This document shows positions 22,831 through 24,000 of a DNA stretch of 24,000 bases, piece after piece (positions within the stretch are counted from its first letter, which is position 1; every line of letters starts with the position of its first letter). A program made the translations under genes and the position numbers. This DNA comes from Dehalococcoidia bacterium. GTDB lineage: Bacteria > Chloroflexota > Dehalococcoidia > GIF9 > AB-539-J10. Under the pieces are notes generated by a model, which worked only from the letters and a program-made list of their open reading frames with translations, was not told where the DNA came from and made no database searches. The DNA lies in contig JAUWOR010000001.1 in the NCBI GenBank assembly GCA_030612025.1, positions 151,790-175,789 on the forward strand. Direction: 5' to 3'.

Positions 22831-22953
22831 TCTAATTTTGGTTCCCCATTCAAGTTCAGCCATCTCAGAGGTGTTTCACCCCCAAATTTTTGTAGTTGCC
22901 TGATTTATCAGGCACAGTCGCCCAATAAATTGGGCACCTACATTTTTAAACGG
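22831..22953 (+). repeat. 123-nt structured repeat, copy B (core in 'flip')
   Basis: See 11148-11270. The stems are at 22892-22900 and 22933-22941 (one mismatch) and the core at 22901-22932. It lies 34-156 nt upstream of the wHTH start. Confidence 0.85.
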
Positions 22954-23036
22954 CCTTATTACTATCGTCCTATGACCATTTTACCACAGGCAGAAAAGTT
23001 GTCAATAGAACAATGTTCTACCTTGTCTAATGTGGC

Positions 23037-23117
23037 GGGCGAACCTTTAGGTTCGCCCATTGACACTGGAGCCTTGACATTACGAGACTCCCTTGTCATT
23101 GCGCTCCTCGCAATGAC
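23037..23117. repeat. Two further hairpin modules of the mosaic repeat family
   Basis: gggcgaaccTTtaggttcgccc spans 23037-23058 and gtcattgcg-ctcct-cgcaatgac spans 23095-23117. The latter plus gcaatctcat resembles the reverse complement of 18245-18275. Confidence 0.5.
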
Positions 23118-23193
23118 TAAGCAATCTCATTGGGTTGGGACTCGTCGCTACTCACCGCCCTATCAATGGTAATTAGCTGACCTAAGAGGGAGT

Positions 23194-23249
23194 GTCAATT
23201 GACCTAGGACTAAAAGGTCATTGACAAGGCGGCAGATTATGTTAATGTT
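23194..23249 (+). promoter_or_regulatory. Candidate operator pair overlapping a promoter for the downstream, apparently leaderless gene
   Basis: A perfect 10-bp palindrome GTCAATTGAC lies at 23194-23203 and a near-copy GTCATTGAC at 23217-23225. The near-copy overlaps TTGACA (23221-23226). A 16-17-nt spacer leads to TAATGT/AATGTT. The ATG at 23255 lies about 7 nt after the -10 element, with no SD. Confidence 0.35.
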
Positions 23250-23254
23250 CAATC

Positions 23255-24000
23255 ATGCTGCAATTAAGATCCCTAGAGCAAGTGGAGCAGCTCAAGAGCC
23301 AATTTATTGAGCGGCTCAGAAACCAGGGCTACGAGGTAGAGCAAAACGCCACCCTTACAGGCGAGTCCGGCGGTGAGCACTCCTTCGACATTCTAGCCCG
23401 TAAAAGTCAAGGTTTTACTGTCTATACTATGACCATAGACATTGTTGTGCACGATGATAATCAAGAAATAAGCTTGGCTGAAGTCTTCGCTTTTGATGAC
23501 AAATGCTATGACTGTGGCATTAAAGATAAAATCCTCATTGCCCTTCCCAGACTTGACTCTACAGCGGCCCACTTTACTCAGAGGCAGCGAATAAAGGTTT
23601 TCGATAACGAAAGCCTGGGAATATTTTTAGCCTCACCATCACCATCGCCCCCTCCTCCAGCCAAAAAGGGCGCTCTCAATTGGGAAACGAAGCCTCAATT
23701 TCTAGAATCTTTAGCTGCCACTGGCTACAAAGTTGAGGAGAACGCCAGGGTCAAGGGAAGGTCAGGAGCTGAGTATACTTTTAACATTCTAGCTCAGCTA
23801 GAAGATGGTTTTATAGCACACAAGGTAGGTATAGATGTAATAACCAGAGATGAAGTAAGCTTACCCCAAGTATACCTATTCGATACCAAAGCCTACGATG
23901 CTGGAATTCAGGAGAAGGTTCTTTTGTACTTGGGGGAGCTTGTTCCCGAAGCCAGGCAATTCGCTCAGCAGCAGGGAATAAAGCTCATCAAGATTAAAAG
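23255..24000 (+). CDS. Protein built from tandem restriction-endonuclease-like (Mrr-cat-like) modules lacking obvious catalytic residues; continues beyond the window
   Basis: Open to the window end, so absent from the ORF track. My translation is MLQLRSLEQVEQLKSQFIERLRNQGYEVEQNATLTGESGGEHSFDILARKSQGF...IKVFDNESLGIFLASPSPSPPPPAKKGALNWETKPQFLESLAATGYKVEENARVKGRSGAEYTFNILAQLEDGF...IKLIKIK. Two ~100-aa repeats are joined by a Pro-rich linker. Confidence 0.65.
   Translation, partial: MLQLRSLEQVEQLKSQFIERLRNQGYEVEQNATLTGESGGEHSFDILARKSQGFTVYTMTIDIVVHDDNQEISLAEVFAFDDKCYDCGIKDKILIALPRLDSTAAHFTQRQRIKVFDNESLGIFLASPSPSPPPPAKKGALNWETKPQFLESLAATGYKVEENARVKGRSGAEYTFNILAQLEDGFIAHKVGIDVITRDEVSLPQVYLFDTKAYDAGIQEKVLLYLGELVPEARQFAQQQGIKLIKIK

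Noticed and set aside
12137-22941. I asked whether the recurring hairpin repeats could be a CRISPR array.
   Set aside because: The copies are dispersed over more than 10 kb in separate intergenic gaps and lie in both orientations. They are variable in length, not regularly spaced by unique spacers, and no cas genes are present.

Overview
Coding-dense bacterial chromosomal segment. The short (449 aa) bacterial-type Elp3 and the overall gene set suggest a Dehalococcoidia-like Chloroflexota genome; that placement is inference only. Reading left to right:

- **1-2574:** livG (partial), livM and livH, a branched-chain amino acid ABC transporter on the minus strand. A relic copy of the livG start lies in the livM/livG junction.
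- **2577-10255:** a 7.6-kb block bracketed by 71-bp direct repeats (66/71 identical) that correspond to the 3' end of a HAD hydrolase gene. It carries an M29-family metalloenzyme, a small unknown protein, a nitroreductase, a 4-TM protein, an NCS1 (cytosine/hydantoin-type) permease, a hydantoin-type racemase, two diverged DUF917 paralogues and a truncated second M29 gene. It has no canonical hydantoinase or carbamoylase. This looks like an inserted N-heterocycle catabolic island with non-canonical chemistry and is my best candidate for an undescribed system.
- **10185-10856:** the intact HAD gene.
- **11362-14907:** an Mth938-domain protein, a small membrane protein, Elp3 paired divergently (30-bp gap) with a Trm9-like methyltransferase, and an Avd-like four-helix-bundle gene flanked by perfect 12-bp inverted repeats.
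- **14970-18002:** a 1010-aa 7TM-GAF-GGDEF-HD-GYP c-di-GMP protein.
- **18336-22797:** two tandem GH3-family (adenylate-forming amido-synthetase-like) paralogues, preceded on the same strand by a small RHH-like protein and an archaeal-type wHTH protein.
- **23255-24000:** a partial gene made of tandem inactive nuclease-like modules.

Most larger intergenic gaps in the right half of the window (from ~11000) hold a mosaic family of GTAG...CTAC-headed nested-hairpin (REP/REPIN- or MITE-like) repeats. One ~123-nt member occurs twice with its 32-nt core inverted relative to conserved flanks (flip/flop). No rRNA, tRNA, CRISPR array, integrase or transposase gene was recognised.
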